Assembly (NCBI GenBank): GCA_038204855.1
Contig: JBBRCM010000003.1
Coordinates: 620-64,619, forward strand
Reading direction: 5' to 3'
Source: Chitinophagales bacterium
GTDB lineage: Bacteria > Bacteroidota > Bacteroidia > Chitinophagales > Chitinophagaceae
Length of the DNA stretch: 64,000 nt
The notes beneath the pieces are model-generated. The model was not told the DNA's origin. It worked only from the letters and a program-made list of their open reading frames with translations, and did not search any database. Within the stretch, counting starts at the first letter, position 1. Each line of letters begins with the position of its first letter. Shown piece by piece: positions 18,055-27,216 of the stretch. A program made the translations under genes and the position numbers.

Positions 18055-18894
18055 GTACTCATAAAATCCTTTCTTCGTTTTTTTTCCCAGTTCTCCTTTT
18101 TCTACTTTATCAATTTGCAATACAGATGGTCTAAAACGCTCCGCTTGATTGCAGGCTTCATACAAAGACTGCGATACAGCAAGATTAATATCGTTGCCAA
18201 TCAAATCCATTAATTTGAAAGGCCCCAATTTAAAACCAGACGCTTCCATTATTTCGTCAACATTCTCTATCGTTGCAATATTGCTTTCTACTAGTTTCAT
18301 TGCCTCCAGGTAGTAATGCCGGGCAACACGATTTACAATAAAACCCGGTGCATCTTTACACATTACGGGAGTTTTTTTCATTTGCAAACAAAGGTCGTAA
18401 ACGGTTTGGGCAACAGCATCAAGGGTTTGGTTTCCTTTAACTACTTCAACTAATTTCATTACCTGTGCCGGGTTAAAGAAATGCATGCCAACCACTCTTT
18501 GTGGCTGCTGCACCCTTGCCTGAATTTCGGAAACCGACAAAGACGAAGTGTTTGTAGCAAAAATCACTTCGGAGTGATTTACCTCTGCCAGTTGGTTAAA
18601 GATGGCAACTTTTGCATCAACTTTTTCAATAATGGCTTCAATAATTATATCCGCCAGGCAATCATTGGTATCGGTTACAAAACGTATTCTTTGAAAGATG
18701 CTTTCTTTTTCTTCTACAGAAATTTTTTCCTTATCAACCAAAAACTGCAGACTTTTTCCGATTGCCTCTTTGGCCTTCTCCAGCATTTGGGCATTAATGT
18801 CGAATAACAAGGTATAGAAGCCGCTTTGCGCTGCTGTTTGGGCAATGCCGCTGCCCATCGTTCCGGCGCCAATAACGCAAATTGTATTAATCAT
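18046..18894 (-). CDS. 3-hydroxyacyl(butyryl)-CoA dehydrogenase
   Basis: GAGTMGSGIA, TNTSSL, GMHFFNPA, PGFIVNR, GPFKLMDLIG. Confidence 0.92.
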   Translation of the reverse strand: MINTICVIGAGTMGSGIAQTAAQSGFYTLLFDINAQMLEKAKEAIGKSLQFLVDKEKISVEEKESIFQRIRFVTDTNDCLADIIIEAIIEKVDAKVAIFNQLAEVNHSEVIFATNTSSLSVSEIQARVQQPQRVVGMHFFNPAQVMKLVEVVKGNQTLDAVAQTVYDLCLQMKKTPVMCKDAPGFIVNRVARHYYLEAMKLVESNIATIENVDEIMEASGFKLGPFKLMDLIGNDINLAVSQSLYEACNQAERFRPSVLQIDKVEKGELGKKTKKGFYEYNG

Positions 18895-18948
18895 AAGTAA
18901 AGATATTATTTATCATCTACTTTCTGCCAGGCATTAAACGGTAAAATA

Positions 18949-18986
18949 AAAAGCATCGTTGTTTATAAATAAACAGCGATGCTTTT
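18949..18986 (-). terminator. terminator after ompA-family gene
   Basis: AAAAGCATCG...CGATGCTTTT hairpin. Confidence 0.65.
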
Positions 18987-19004
18987 ATAGTTTCAAAAAG
19001 AAAA

Positions 19005-19721
19005 TTATTTTCCTACGGCTTCTTTTTTAGCTTCTTCTTTCATTTTGTCATTTGCTGTAATGGCAAACTCTACCCGCCTGTTTTCAGCACGATTTCCATC
19101 GCTGGTATTCTCTACCTTAGGTTGTGTTTCTCCATACCACTTTATGGTTAATCTTGATGATAAAATGTTATTGGCTTTTAAGTAATTGCCAACAGCCATT
19201 GCCCTACGTTCAGACAAAGAAAGATTGTAAGCGTCTCCTCCTTTATCATCCGTATGTCCTTCTACCAATAAATTTGTTTCAGGGTATTCTTTAAATATCT
19301 GTACCAGTTTATCCAGCGCAAGTTTTGAATTGGCAGTAATATCAGATTTATCAAAATCGAAATAGACTCCCATTTTTGAACCATCCGGATTTTTTTCGTT
19401 GAAGGTTACAATAATGCCTTCCCCTACCCTTTGCACTTCGGCTCCCGGGATTTCATTTTTAATTTTTTCTGCCTGCCTGTCCATCTTATTTCCGATAACA
19501 CCGCCGGCAACGCCACCAATTACACTGCCTATAATAGCACCCAGCACTGTATTTCCCTTACCCACATTATTGCCGATTACGCCGCCAATTACCGCACCGC
19601 CTGCGGCACCTATTACAGCACCTCTTTGTTGCTTATTTGTTTTTTTAACCGTGCTGCATCCAGATGCCATCAACATAATAACAGCCAATATTAAACTTGT
19701 ATTTCCAAATATCTTTTTCAT
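19005..19721 (-). CDS. OmpA family lipoprotein with glycine zipper
   Basis: Lipobox ASGC; Gly zipper; EGHTD...NLSLSERRA...NRRVE. Confidence 0.92.
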   Translation of the reverse strand: MKKIFGNTSLILAVIMLMASGCSTVKKTNKQQRGAVIGAAGGAVIGGVIGNNVGKGNTVLGAIIGSVIGGVAGGVIGNKMDRQAEKIKNEIPGAEVQRVGEGIIVTFNEKNPDGSKMGVYFDFDKSDITANSKLALDKLVQIFKEYPETNLLVEGHTDDKGGDAYNLSLSERRAMAVGNYLKANNILSSRLTIKWYGETQPKVENTSDGNRAENRRVEFAITANDKMKEEAKKEAVGK

Positions 19722-19741
19722 AAAATTCCGTTTTACTTGAT

Positions 19742-20236
19742 TTAATTTTTTACAAAATTGTAAATGATCGCACTATTACGTCCTTCAAAAACTATATCCG
19801 ATCTTAATTTTAAATTATTTTCGCTGTACTCTGTAACTATTAACCGGTAACCATCTCCATTATCCATCGCATTTTTCTTATCGTCAAGCCTTTTAAACTG
19901 AAACTCCTTTGCAGCATCTTTTGGTTCAAATATCGACCAGCGGATAAAACGTTTTAACGACGTACAGTTTTTGCTTTTATCAACCAGTGTATAACTGCCC
20001 ATGCTGTTGTTTGAAACAAAATTCCATTCACTTCCAATAAAGCAGCTAAGATCAGCCTCGTTAAATACCGTGGTTTTCACCACGCCGGTAATACCTTCGA
20101 CAGTTACAGTTTGAAGCACCCAGTTTCCGTTAATGCTGCTTTTTATACTTCTTGCTTCTTTTGATACCGAGCAGGATCCAAAAGCCACTATAACCAACAA
20201 AGTGATTACACCGTAAAATCTACTTCTTAATTTCAT
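19742..20236 (-). CDS. lipocalin-like lipoprotein
   Basis: Lipobox FGSC; INGNWVL lipocalin-type motif; operon with ompA. Confidence 0.7.
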   Translation of the reverse strand: MKLRSRFYGVITLLVIVAFGSCSVSKEARSIKSSINGNWVLQTVTVEGITGVVKTTVFNEADLSCFIGSEWNFVSNNSMGSYTLVDKSKNCTSLKRFIRWSIFEPKDAAKEFQFKRLDDKKNAMDNGDGYRLIVTEYSENNLKLRSDIVFEGRNSAIIYNFVKN

Positions 20237-20296
20237 AAATTTATTTTTATTGCCGATGACATGCTTTAATCCACCAAACTCATTAAAGCTACCTTT

Positions 20297-20311
20297 TCAA
20301 TTATGATGCCA
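20297..20311 (-). promoter_or_regulatory. putative sigma-54 -24/-12 promoter
   Basis: Minus strand TGGCAT-CATAA-TTGA versus consensus TGGCAC-N5-TTGC. Confidence 0.4.
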
Positions 20312-20403
20312 AAGGCAAAGAGGGATGTTATATAATTATCAGTATTGCAGATACATGCGTATTATGCACCGAATAGAATTTGGTAACCGGGGTTAGAAAA
20401 TAG

Positions 20404-21423
20404 CTATACCGCCGAAGTAAATTGTTTTAAAAAGCGTACATCATTCTCGCTAAAAAGCCTGAGGTCTTTTATCTGGTATTTTAACATGGTAATTCTTTCG
20501 ATACCCATGCCAAATGCAAAGCCGGTGTATTTATTGCTGTCGATTCCGCAATTATCCAGCACATTGGGATGCACCATACCGCAGCCTAAAATTTCGACCC
20601 ATCCGGTCTTTTTGCATACGCTGCACCCTTCGCCGCCGCATATTAAACAACTAATATCCATTTCGGCACTTGGCTCAGTAAAAGGAAAATAACTCGGGCG
20701 AAAACGCACCTTAAAATCTTTACCAAACATTTCCTGCACAAAGAAATAAAGCGTGTGCTTCAGGTCGGCAAAAGAAACATTTTCGGCAATGTACAAACCC
20801 TCTACTTGGTGAAAAAAGCAATGCGCCCTTGCACTGATCGTTTCATTACGGTACACACGGCCCGGGCAAATAATGCGGATGGGCAATTTGCCTTTCTGCA
20901 TTTCACGAACCTGCACACTGCTGGTATGCGTGCGCAAAAGCCAATCGGGATTTTGAGAAATATAAAACGTGTCCTGCATATCCCTTGCAGGATGATTTTC
21001 TGGTAAATTAAGAGCGGTAAAATTATGGAAGTCGTCTTCAATCTCGGGGCCTTCTGCAACTGCAAAACCAAGCCTTTGAAAAATAGATATGATCTTATTT
21101 TTTACAATACTGATAGGATGGCGGCTGCCGAGGGGTAAAAAGTCTGCCGGTAAAGAGAGATCAATTTCGTAAGTGGTGAGTGGTGAGTGGTGAGAAGCTG
21201 CTTTAAGCTCCTCGTATTTTGCTTCTGTAAAAAGCTTAAACTCGTTTAGCAATTGGCCGGCTTCTTTCTTGTTTTCGGCAGCTACATTTTTCATTTCGCC
21301 CATGATGGCTTTTACCAAACCTTTGGAGCCCAGGTATTTAATGCGAAAGGCTTCAGCATCGGTATCATTAAACGCTGCGATTTCTGTTCTTAAAGCTTCC
21401 ATTTCTTGTAACAACTGTTCCAT
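20404..21423 (-). CDS. pheS: phenylalanine--tRNA ligase alpha subunit
   Basis: HPARDMQDTF, LRTHTS, FPFTEPSAE, GFAFGMGIER. Confidence 0.98.
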   Translation of the reverse strand: MEQLLQEMEALRTEIAAFNDTDAEAFRIKYLGSKGLVKAIMGEMKNVAAENKKEAGQLLNEFKLFTEAKYEELKAASHHSPLTTYEIDLSLPADFLPLGSRHPISIVKNKIISIFQRLGFAVAEGPEIEDDFHNFTALNLPENHPARDMQDTFYISQNPDWLLRTHTSSVQVREMQKGKLPIRIICPGRVYRNETISARAHCFFHQVEGLYIAENVSFADLKHTLYFFVQEMFGKDFKVRFRPSYFPFTEPSAEMDISCLICGGEGCSVCKKTGWVEILGCGMVHPNVLDNCGIDSNKYTGFAFGMGIERITMLKYQIKDLRLFSENDVRFLKQFTSAV

Positions 21424-21528
21424 AAGGGCAAATATAATACATGGATTCGGAAGGAAATCTAAAAAGCCATTTGTTATGAAAATTGTTTTAAATGTATTAA
21501 ATTCACTTTGCTAAAAGTTGTACACATA

Positions 21529-22242
21529 ATGGTACATGTAAAATTATTTATTTCTTATGCTCATAAAGATGATGAAAGCTTTAATGTGTTCAGGCCGGCC
21601 ATTAAAGAAGCACTTAACAAGTCAGATTTTTTTATTTTTGATGCATGGGAAGACTCCGGAATACCGGTTGGTACAAACTGGCATGCTTATATTCAAAAGA
21701 AATTAAACAATTGTAAAATCGCAATACTCTGTGTGTCTGATAATTTTTTTGCATCCAGATATATATTAGAATCGGAGTTTAAGGAGCTATTAAACCGCTA
21801 TAACAATGTTTTAATATTACCCGTTTACTTTGGCAATTGTAAAATTGATACCTGGCAAGACCTGGCTGCTATTCAGTTCTTTAAGCCAAAAGGCGCCGAA
21901 TATGGACTACCCGACATTCCGAATTTTTCCTTTTCGGATCTGAGTAAGGCCGAAATTCTGTCGCAGGCAAGTAAAAGTATAGCGATAAGTAAATATTGCG
22001 AGAATTTATCACTACACCTGCAACAGGCATACATTGAAGCAAAGATTGGTGATGACGAACCAAAAAAACTCTCAGACAAAATTGTTACCTATGTAATTAT
22101 AGCTGCAATAATCGGGGCACTTGTTTTTACTTTTTATTCGCTTTTGTTTGAAAAAGAAACCAAACAATTTAACAGCATAATGGGCAGCGGTGTTTTCTTT
22201 GGCAGTTTTGCAGCTTTTACTTACAATAAAAAATCTCATTAA
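21529..22242 (+). CDS. TIR domain protein with two C-terminal TM helices
   Basis: LFISYAHKD, W-x-D-x2-I-x2-G-x2-W, AILCVSDNFFASRYILESEF, ILPVYF; two hydrophobic segments at the C-terminus. Confidence 0.85.
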   Translation: MVHVKLFISYAHKDDESFNVFRPAIKEALNKSDFFIFDAWEDSGIPVGTNWHAYIQKKLNNCKIAILCVSDNFFASRYILESEFKELLNRYNNVLILPVYFGNCKIDTWQDLAAIQFFKPKGAEYGLPDIPNFSFSDLSKAEILSQASKSIAISKYCENLSLHLQQAYIEAKIGDDEPKKLSDKIVTYVIIAAIIGALVFTFYSLLFEKETKQFNSIMGSGVFFGSFAAFTYNKKSH

Positions 22243-22253
22243 ACTTAACTTGG

Positions 22254-22823
22254 ATGAATAAAAATATAATAATATTAATTTTTTTAAGCCTGATGGTTGG
22301 TTCTGCTGTTTATTTAGGTGTTGAATTTAAAAGATTAGAGCAGCAAAGAAAAGAGTTGGCTGTGGAAAAAGCAGATGTTGTAAGGCAAAGAAATAAGATT
22401 GATTCGTTAAAGAATATCTTTCAATCGCAGAATGAAATTGCTCAAAAAATTGTAAGTGAAATAAAACCAAAAAATTTGCCCGACAGTTTACACAGGTTAA
22501 TTTCAAGGTACGAAAATTCGGAAGCTGTAATACAGAAAAGTATTAGTGATCCCGAGAAAAATGCCTTAGCTTTTGAAAGAGCCGGTTTTGAAGGTATTAT
22601 AAATGACAATTTTGCTGTCGCGAGGAGCCAGTTTAATAATGCAGAAAAAGCATTTCCATCCTTCCATATGTCTTACGAAATATCCAAATTATTAAAAAGC
22701 AGGCAAGCCGATTTTGGTGACAAAGAAAAGGAAGAAAATATAAAAATACAGATCTACAAAAAATATAGCTGGAAAGCACCTAAAGATTTAATATCCCGGC
22801 TTGGCAATCAAATAACTCCCTAG
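22254..22823 (+). CDS. membrane-anchored coiled-coil/helical protein (TIR partner), hypothetical
   Basis: N-terminal TM, coiled coil and helical C-terminus; 11 bp after the TIR gene. Confidence 0.75.
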   Translation: MNKNIIILIFLSLMVGSAVYLGVEFKRLEQQRKELAVEKADVVRQRNKIDSLKNIFQSQNEIAQKIVSEIKPKNLPDSLHRLISRYENSEAVIQKSISDPEKNALAFERAGFEGIINDNFAVARSQFNNAEKAFPSFHMSYEISKLLKSRQADFGDKEKEENIKIQIYKKYSWKAPKDLISRLGNQITP

Positions 22824-22919
22824 TTTAACAGAGGCTTTTACTAACCAATGTTAATTTTTAAGCCGTAACAGAATTACAGCAGAATTATACTTATTTTTAT
22901 CCTCTAAATTTTATAAAAA

Positions 22920-23705
22920 ATGGACTTATTTAAATCAGGAAATCCTGCCTTATCTGAAAAAAGATTTAAGGATACAGTACTTGACCAGGTGGTAACGCAT
23001 GAAAATGCCATGACGGTGAACGGCACCATGCAAAAATTTGGTATATTATTTTTAATGACGCTGGCCACTGCTTACTATAGCTGGAAAGAAGCTGTGGAAG
23101 GTGGTAATGCCATGACTCTTGTGTTGGTGGGTGCTTTTGGCGGCCTGGGCGTGGCGTTAGTGATTGCTTTTAAAAAACAATGGAGCCCGTTTTTAGCGCC
23201 TGTTTATGCATTGCTTGAAGGCTTGTTCGTTGGTGCCGTTTCTGCCTATTTTGAATATGCTGTTGCCAGCAGGCAGGGCGGTTATTCCGGCGGATATTCG
23301 GGTATTGTTATGCAGGCTGTGGGACTAACCTTTTCGGTTGTTGTTGCGATGTACCTGTTGTATAAATTTCAAATTATAAAAGTTACGCAGCGCTTTAAAT
23401 CAGTCATCATGATTGCCACAGCAGGTATCGCTATATTTTACCTTGTTTGCTGGGGATTGTCGGCTTTCAGCGTAAATGCCCCTTCATTTGTTTTTCAAAG
23501 CACTCCGCTTGGAATTGGATTTTCAGTTTTTGTGGTTGCACTAGCTGCGCTGAATTTACTGCTGGATTTTGACATGATAGAGAAAGGTGTAGAAATGGGT
23601 GCACCCAAATACATGGAATGGTACGGAGCTTTTGGTTTACTGGTAACCATTGTTTGGTTATACCTGGAAATATTAAGATTATTGGCCAAACTTAATAAGA
23701 GATAA
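22920..23705 (+). CDS. Bax inhibitor-1/YccA family membrane protein
   Basis: SGNP...MTVNGT; LLLDFDMIEKG; WYGAFGLLVTIVWLYLEILRLL. Confidence 0.9.
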   Translation: MDLFKSGNPALSEKRFKDTVLDQVVTHENAMTVNGTMQKFGILFLMTLATAYYSWKEAVEGGNAMTLVLVGAFGGLGVALVIAFKKQWSPFLAPVYALLEGLFVGAVSAYFEYAVASRQGGYSGGYSGIVMQAVGLTFSVVVAMYLLYKFQIIKVTQRFKSVIMIATAGIAIFYLVCWGLSAFSVNAPSFVFQSTPLGIGFSVFVVALAALNLLLDFDMIEKGVEMGAPKYMEWYGAFGLLVTIVWLYLEILRLLAKLNKR

Positions 23706-23720
23706 GCATATTTTTTAAGG

Positions 23721-23756
23721 AAAAGGCCGTTCAAAATTTTTGAACGGCCTTTTTTT
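23721..23756. terminator. bidirectional terminator
   Basis: AAAAGGCCGTTCAAAA/TTTTGAACGGCCTTTT between convergent genes. Confidence 0.8.
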
Positions 23757-24150
23757 ATTTTAATACCGCCAGCAGATTTTTCACTTGCTCGCCAATAAAA
23801 TCTCTTACTTCATTAAACTGTTCCGGCTCCATATTTTTTGGGTCGGGTATCTGCCAGTCAATAAATTGTTTGGCGGGCATCCAGGGGCAGGCATCGCCAC
23901 AACCCATGGTTACAACTGCATCAAAGGGTGCAAACGTTTTTACTTCATCCAGACTTTTGCTGTCATGGATGCTTAAATCGTAATCAAGTTCCTTCATGGC
24001 CGCTATGGCTTTGGGGTTTACAATGCCGCTGGGTCTACTGCCTGCACTATAGGCTTCTACATTCTCGCCACCTAATATTTTGGCAAATGCCTCGCTCATT
24101 TGAGAACGGTTGCTGTTTTCTATACAAACAAAAAGTAGTTTCTTTTTCAT
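23755..24150 (-). CDS. arsC: arsenate reductase (LMW-PTPase fold)
   Basis: CIENSNRSQ P-loop, TMGCGDACP, DWQIPDP; ars operon context. Confidence 0.85.
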   Translation of the reverse strand: MKKKLLFVCIENSNRSQMSEAFAKILGGENVEAYSAGSRPSGIVNPKAIAAMKELDYDLSIHDSKSLDEVKTFAPFDAVVTMGCGDACPWMPAKQFIDWQIPDPKNMEPEQFNEVRDFIGEQVKNLLAVLK

Positions 24151-24209
24151 GATATAGTATTTTGCGGTGAGCCATCCGCTACCCAGCGGAGTGACTCACC
24201 GTAGTTAGA

Positions 24210-25067
24210 TTAACAACATCCGCTTCCCGGCTCGCAGCAATTTCTTTCATCTTTACCTGGCTTATCGGCATACACAGTAATGCTGGTAATTTTTGTGTTC
24301 CCTTTTTTGTAGTCAGCAATTTCAGCTTCTGATAAATAATTTTTCAAAATATCATCGGGTATAATAATTTCCTTTTCTTTTTGCAGTAAGATGTTTTTAA
24401 AACCTGCCGCTTCAATCATTTCCAGGTAAACCTGCTTTTGTATGGCACCGCTTACGCAGCCAGCATACAATTCTGCCACTTCTTTCCATTTTGAAGGCAG
24501 TGCACCTTCCAGCACAATATCAGAAATAGAGAAATGAGCACCGGGCTTCAACACCCTGAAAATTTCACTGATCACTTTATGTTTGTTGGGTACGAGGTTT
24601 AAAACACAGTTGCTTACAATTACATCTGCATAATTGCTGGTAACAGGCATATCATCAATATCGCCCAACCTGAATTCAACATTGTTAAAACTCAGCTTTT
24701 CGGCATGGGTTCTGGCTTTGTTAATCATGGCTTCGGTAAAATCAATACCCAAAACCTTTCCGTTTTCCCCAACAATTTTACGGGCAATAAAAGCATCGTT
24801 ACCGGCACCACTTCCCAAATCAATAACCGTATCGCCTGCTTTAATTTTTGCAAATTCGGTTGGCAGGCCGCAGCCCAAACCAAGGTCTGCATCTGCATTG
24901 TAACCTTCCATTTTGGTATAGTCATCACTCATGATGTTATACACTTCATCGCCACAGCAGGATGAGGTGGCTCCGCAGCAGGAAGTAGCATTCTGTGTAA
25001 GACTTTGTTCCGCAATGGCAGCATACTTTTCTTTTACAAGTTCTTTAATTTGTGTTTCGTTGTTCAT
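24210..25067 (-). CDS. arsM: arsenite S-adenosylmethionine methyltransferase
   Basis: GLGCGLP, DLGSGAG, SNCVLNL and AGCVSGA; CC pairs at both termini. Confidence 0.9.
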   Translation of the reverse strand: MNNETQIKELVKEKYAAIAEQSLTQNATSCCGATSSCCGDEVYNIMSDDYTKMEGYNADADLGLGCGLPTEFAKIKAGDTVIDLGSGAGNDAFIARKIVGENGKVLGIDFTEAMINKARTHAEKLSFNNVEFRLGDIDDMPVTSNYADVIVSNCVLNLVPNKHKVISEIFRVLKPGAHFSISDIVLEGALPSKWKEVAELYAGCVSGAIQKQVYLEMIEAAGFKNILLQKEKEIIIPDDILKNYLSEAEIADYKKGNTKITSITVYADKPGKDERNCCEPGSGCC

Positions 25068-25082
25068 GGTGTAGTTTTTGGA

Positions 25083-25126
25083 CCTCACCCCAACCCCTCT
25101 CCAAAGAAGAGGGAACTGGGAGTTGG
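25083..25126. repeat. GC-rich REP-like palindromic element
   Basis: CCTCACCCCAACCCCTCTCCAAAGAAGAGGGAACTG...; 41/44 identical to 37987-38030. Confidence 0.8.
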
Positions 25127-25217
25127 CAGTTAATAAATTAAATACATCTTTTTGTTAAGCATTAGTTTGGTTTAATCTCCTAACTACTCTTCCCTCTTTT
25201 CATACCCTTCAGGGTGC

Positions 25218-25553
25218 TTAGCAACAGGCTTTCTCGTTCTGATCTTTCATCTTATTAAAAAGAAAGCTGAACTCGCTGTTGAATTTTTCAAATGCTTTCC
25301 AGTTAATACAATAGCAGCTTCTTGGCCCGTCTATACTTCCGTCAATAAGCCCTGCATTTCTTAATTCTTTTAAATGCTGGCTTACGGTGGATTGAGAGAG
25401 TGGCAACACTTCTACTATTTCGCCACAAATGCAACCGTTGTGCTGCGCCAGCATTTTTAAAATTGCAATACGGGCAGGATGTGCAATTGATTTTGCAAAA
25501 GCAGCCAGGTCTTGTTCCTTTTGTGCAAATGCTTCTTTTTTATGAATGGCCAT
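25218..25553 (-). CDS. arsR: ArsR/SmtB family transcriptional repressor
   Basis: HPARIAIL, CICGEIV, SQSTVSQHLKEL, C-terminal CC. Confidence 0.9.
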   Translation of the reverse strand: MAIHKKEAFAQKEQDLAAFAKSIAHPARIAILKMLAQHNGCICGEIVEVLPLSQSTVSQHLKELRNAGLIDGSIDGPRSCYCINWKAFEKFNSEFSFLFNKMKDQNEKACC

Positions 25554-25554
25554 C

Positions 25555-26172
25555 TTAAATACTTATTTTTTGAAAACTACAGAATAGAAAATTTTGAATT
25601 GTTTTAAACGGCGTAATGTGGTCTGTTGTGATGCACCTGATTTTTTTAAACCATTTTTGCAAGGTAAATGTCAATATATTTTCATTGTATTGCATTACGG
25701 GCAGCCCACTGCATTTTTCCGGTCCATCGGTAGAGAATGTGCCAATGATTAATTTCCCTTCAGAGGTAAGATGCTGTTGCGCAATTGCCAGGTATGCATT
25801 CACTTCGTCTGCAGTCGTTAAAAAGTGAAAGGCCGCCCTGTCGTGCCAGCAATCAAACTTTACACTACTCTTAAATTCAAGTATATCCGACACCACCCAT
25901 TTAACCAAGGCTGCTTTATTGCCCAGTCTTTGTTTTGCTTTATTAATTGCTGTAGCAGAAATATCCAGCACCGTAATATTGCAGAAGCCCATTTGTAAAA
26001 GATGATCAACCAAAAAACTATCGCCACCGCCAATATCAATAATAGCGGCTGTTTTTGGCAAAGCCAGTTGCTGCACAAAGTCCAGCGATTGCTGAGGCTT
26101 TTGCTGATACCAGCTTACTTCATCAACTTGTTTAGTGATAAATACTTTTTCCCAATGTTGCTTTTTAGTCAT
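25555..26172 (-). CDS. class I SAM-dependent methyltransferase
   Basis: HWEKVF..VSWYQ, IDIGGGDS, WHDRAAFHFL, GPEKCSGLP. Confidence 0.87.
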   Translation of the reverse strand: MTKKQHWEKVFITKQVDEVSWYQQKPQQSLDFVQQLALPKTAAIIDIGGGDSFLVDHLLQMGFCNITVLDISATAINKAKQRLGNKAALVKWVVSDILEFKSSVKFDCWHDRAAFHFLTTADEVNAYLAIAQQHLTSEGKLIIGTFSTDGPEKCSGLPVMQYNENILTFTLQKWFKKIRCITTDHITPFKTIQNFLFCSFQKISI

Positions 26173-26184
26173 CTTTTATCTTAT

Positions 26185-26200
26185 ATCGCAAATATACGAT
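26185..26200. promoter_or_regulatory. putative ArsR operator overlapping the -7 promoter
   Basis: ATCG-N8-CGAT dyad that contains TATATTTG on the minus strand. Confidence 0.6.
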
Positions 26201-26335
26201 TAATAAATTTACAGAAACAAATATTTTTTATAAAAAGGCCAGGCTACCTGCCTGGCCAATATAAATACGATTGAAAACTCCGCCGATGTTGGTACTGGGT
26301 AAAGTACATTGACCAACAAAAGTGAAAGTTTTGTT

Positions 26336-27037
26336 TTAGTTAAAAATTGATGGGTCTAACTTAATATTCGTGTCTATTTTATCAAAATTAATATCGCCGG
26401 TAGGCCCGCTTATTGCATATGCAAACATATATCCATCCCCATTTTTTTTATAATCGCTGTATGTAGTTTCCATATCTTTTGTTTCGCCATTAATAGTCCG
26501 CTTACCCCTGCTTTTATTAAGCATGTTATTTTTAGCGCCGATAAAAAAAGTGGTAACCAACCCATTTTTAAAAGTAACTTTTAATTTGTAGTTATCCTCT
26601 TCGCCAATTTTTTCGGTACCATCCAATTCAACTGTGCTTCCCTTTTCCTTGTAATTTAAAAAAGGCGATTGCAAATCCAACTGTGTTTGTGCGACCTTTA
26701 ATTGATCAGCTGGCATAGCTTGTGGGTCTGTCATGCCCTGCACGGGCATAAAAACAGTGCCTTTAGCAAGAGTTACAATCTGGTAATTGCTGCTACCCAT
26801 AACTTCAATATCAGTGCGGGAACCTACATTGTTCTGTTTGGTAAGGGTTAAGGATACATCGGTACCTTGTATGCTCATGCCACCCAACATTTTTATAGTA
26901 TTAAGGCTTAATAATTTGTCCTTGCCACCCAGGGCTGTAAGATGTTTGGCAATAATTTCATCAACCGTTTGGGCATTGGTTGACTGAACAGCTATTAATG
27001 AAGCTGCAAAAAATGCAAAAGCTATTAATTTTTTCAT
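26336..27037 (-). CDS. secreted protein, lipoprotein-sorting (LolA-like) fold candidate
   Basis: Signal peptide; QTVDEIIAKHLTALGG; YSDYK. Confidence 0.7.
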   Translation of the reverse strand: MKKLIAFAFFAASLIAVQSTNAQTVDEIIAKHLTALGGKDKLLSLNTIKMLGGMSIQGTDVSLTLTKQNNVGSRTDIEVMGSSNYQIVTLAKGTVFMPVQGMTDPQAMPADQLKVAQTQLDLQSPFLNYKEKGSTVELDGTEKIGEEDNYKLKVTFKNGLVTTFFIGAKNNMLNKSRGKRTINGETKDMETTYSDYKKNGDGYMFAYAISGPTGDINFDKIDTNIKLDPSIFN

Positions 27038-27067
27038 GGTTTAATTTTTTAGATGCACAAGATAGAA

Positions 27068-27216
27068 ATTATACCGATTATACCGGTAAATAGTCCAAAA
27101 CAGGTTTCTATCAGTACCCCGCTGTGACGGGGCCATCTAATATTTACGCATAATCCTTCGGACTATTTAACCCAGATTCAGTTGAAATCTGGGTTTAATA
27201 AATAAAGATGGTATTA
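27068..27216 (-). ncRNA. candidate structured RNA/ssDNA element, copy 2
   Basis: Homologous to 7558-7667, with two additional self-contained hairpins inserted. Confidence 0.5.

Noticed and set aside
26231-26335. Long hairpin plus terminator downstream of the 26336 gene as a third copy of the structured element
   Set aside because: Shares only GCCGATGT and lacks the CCATCTAA and CCTTCGGACTA blocks; treated as ordinary 3' UTR structure
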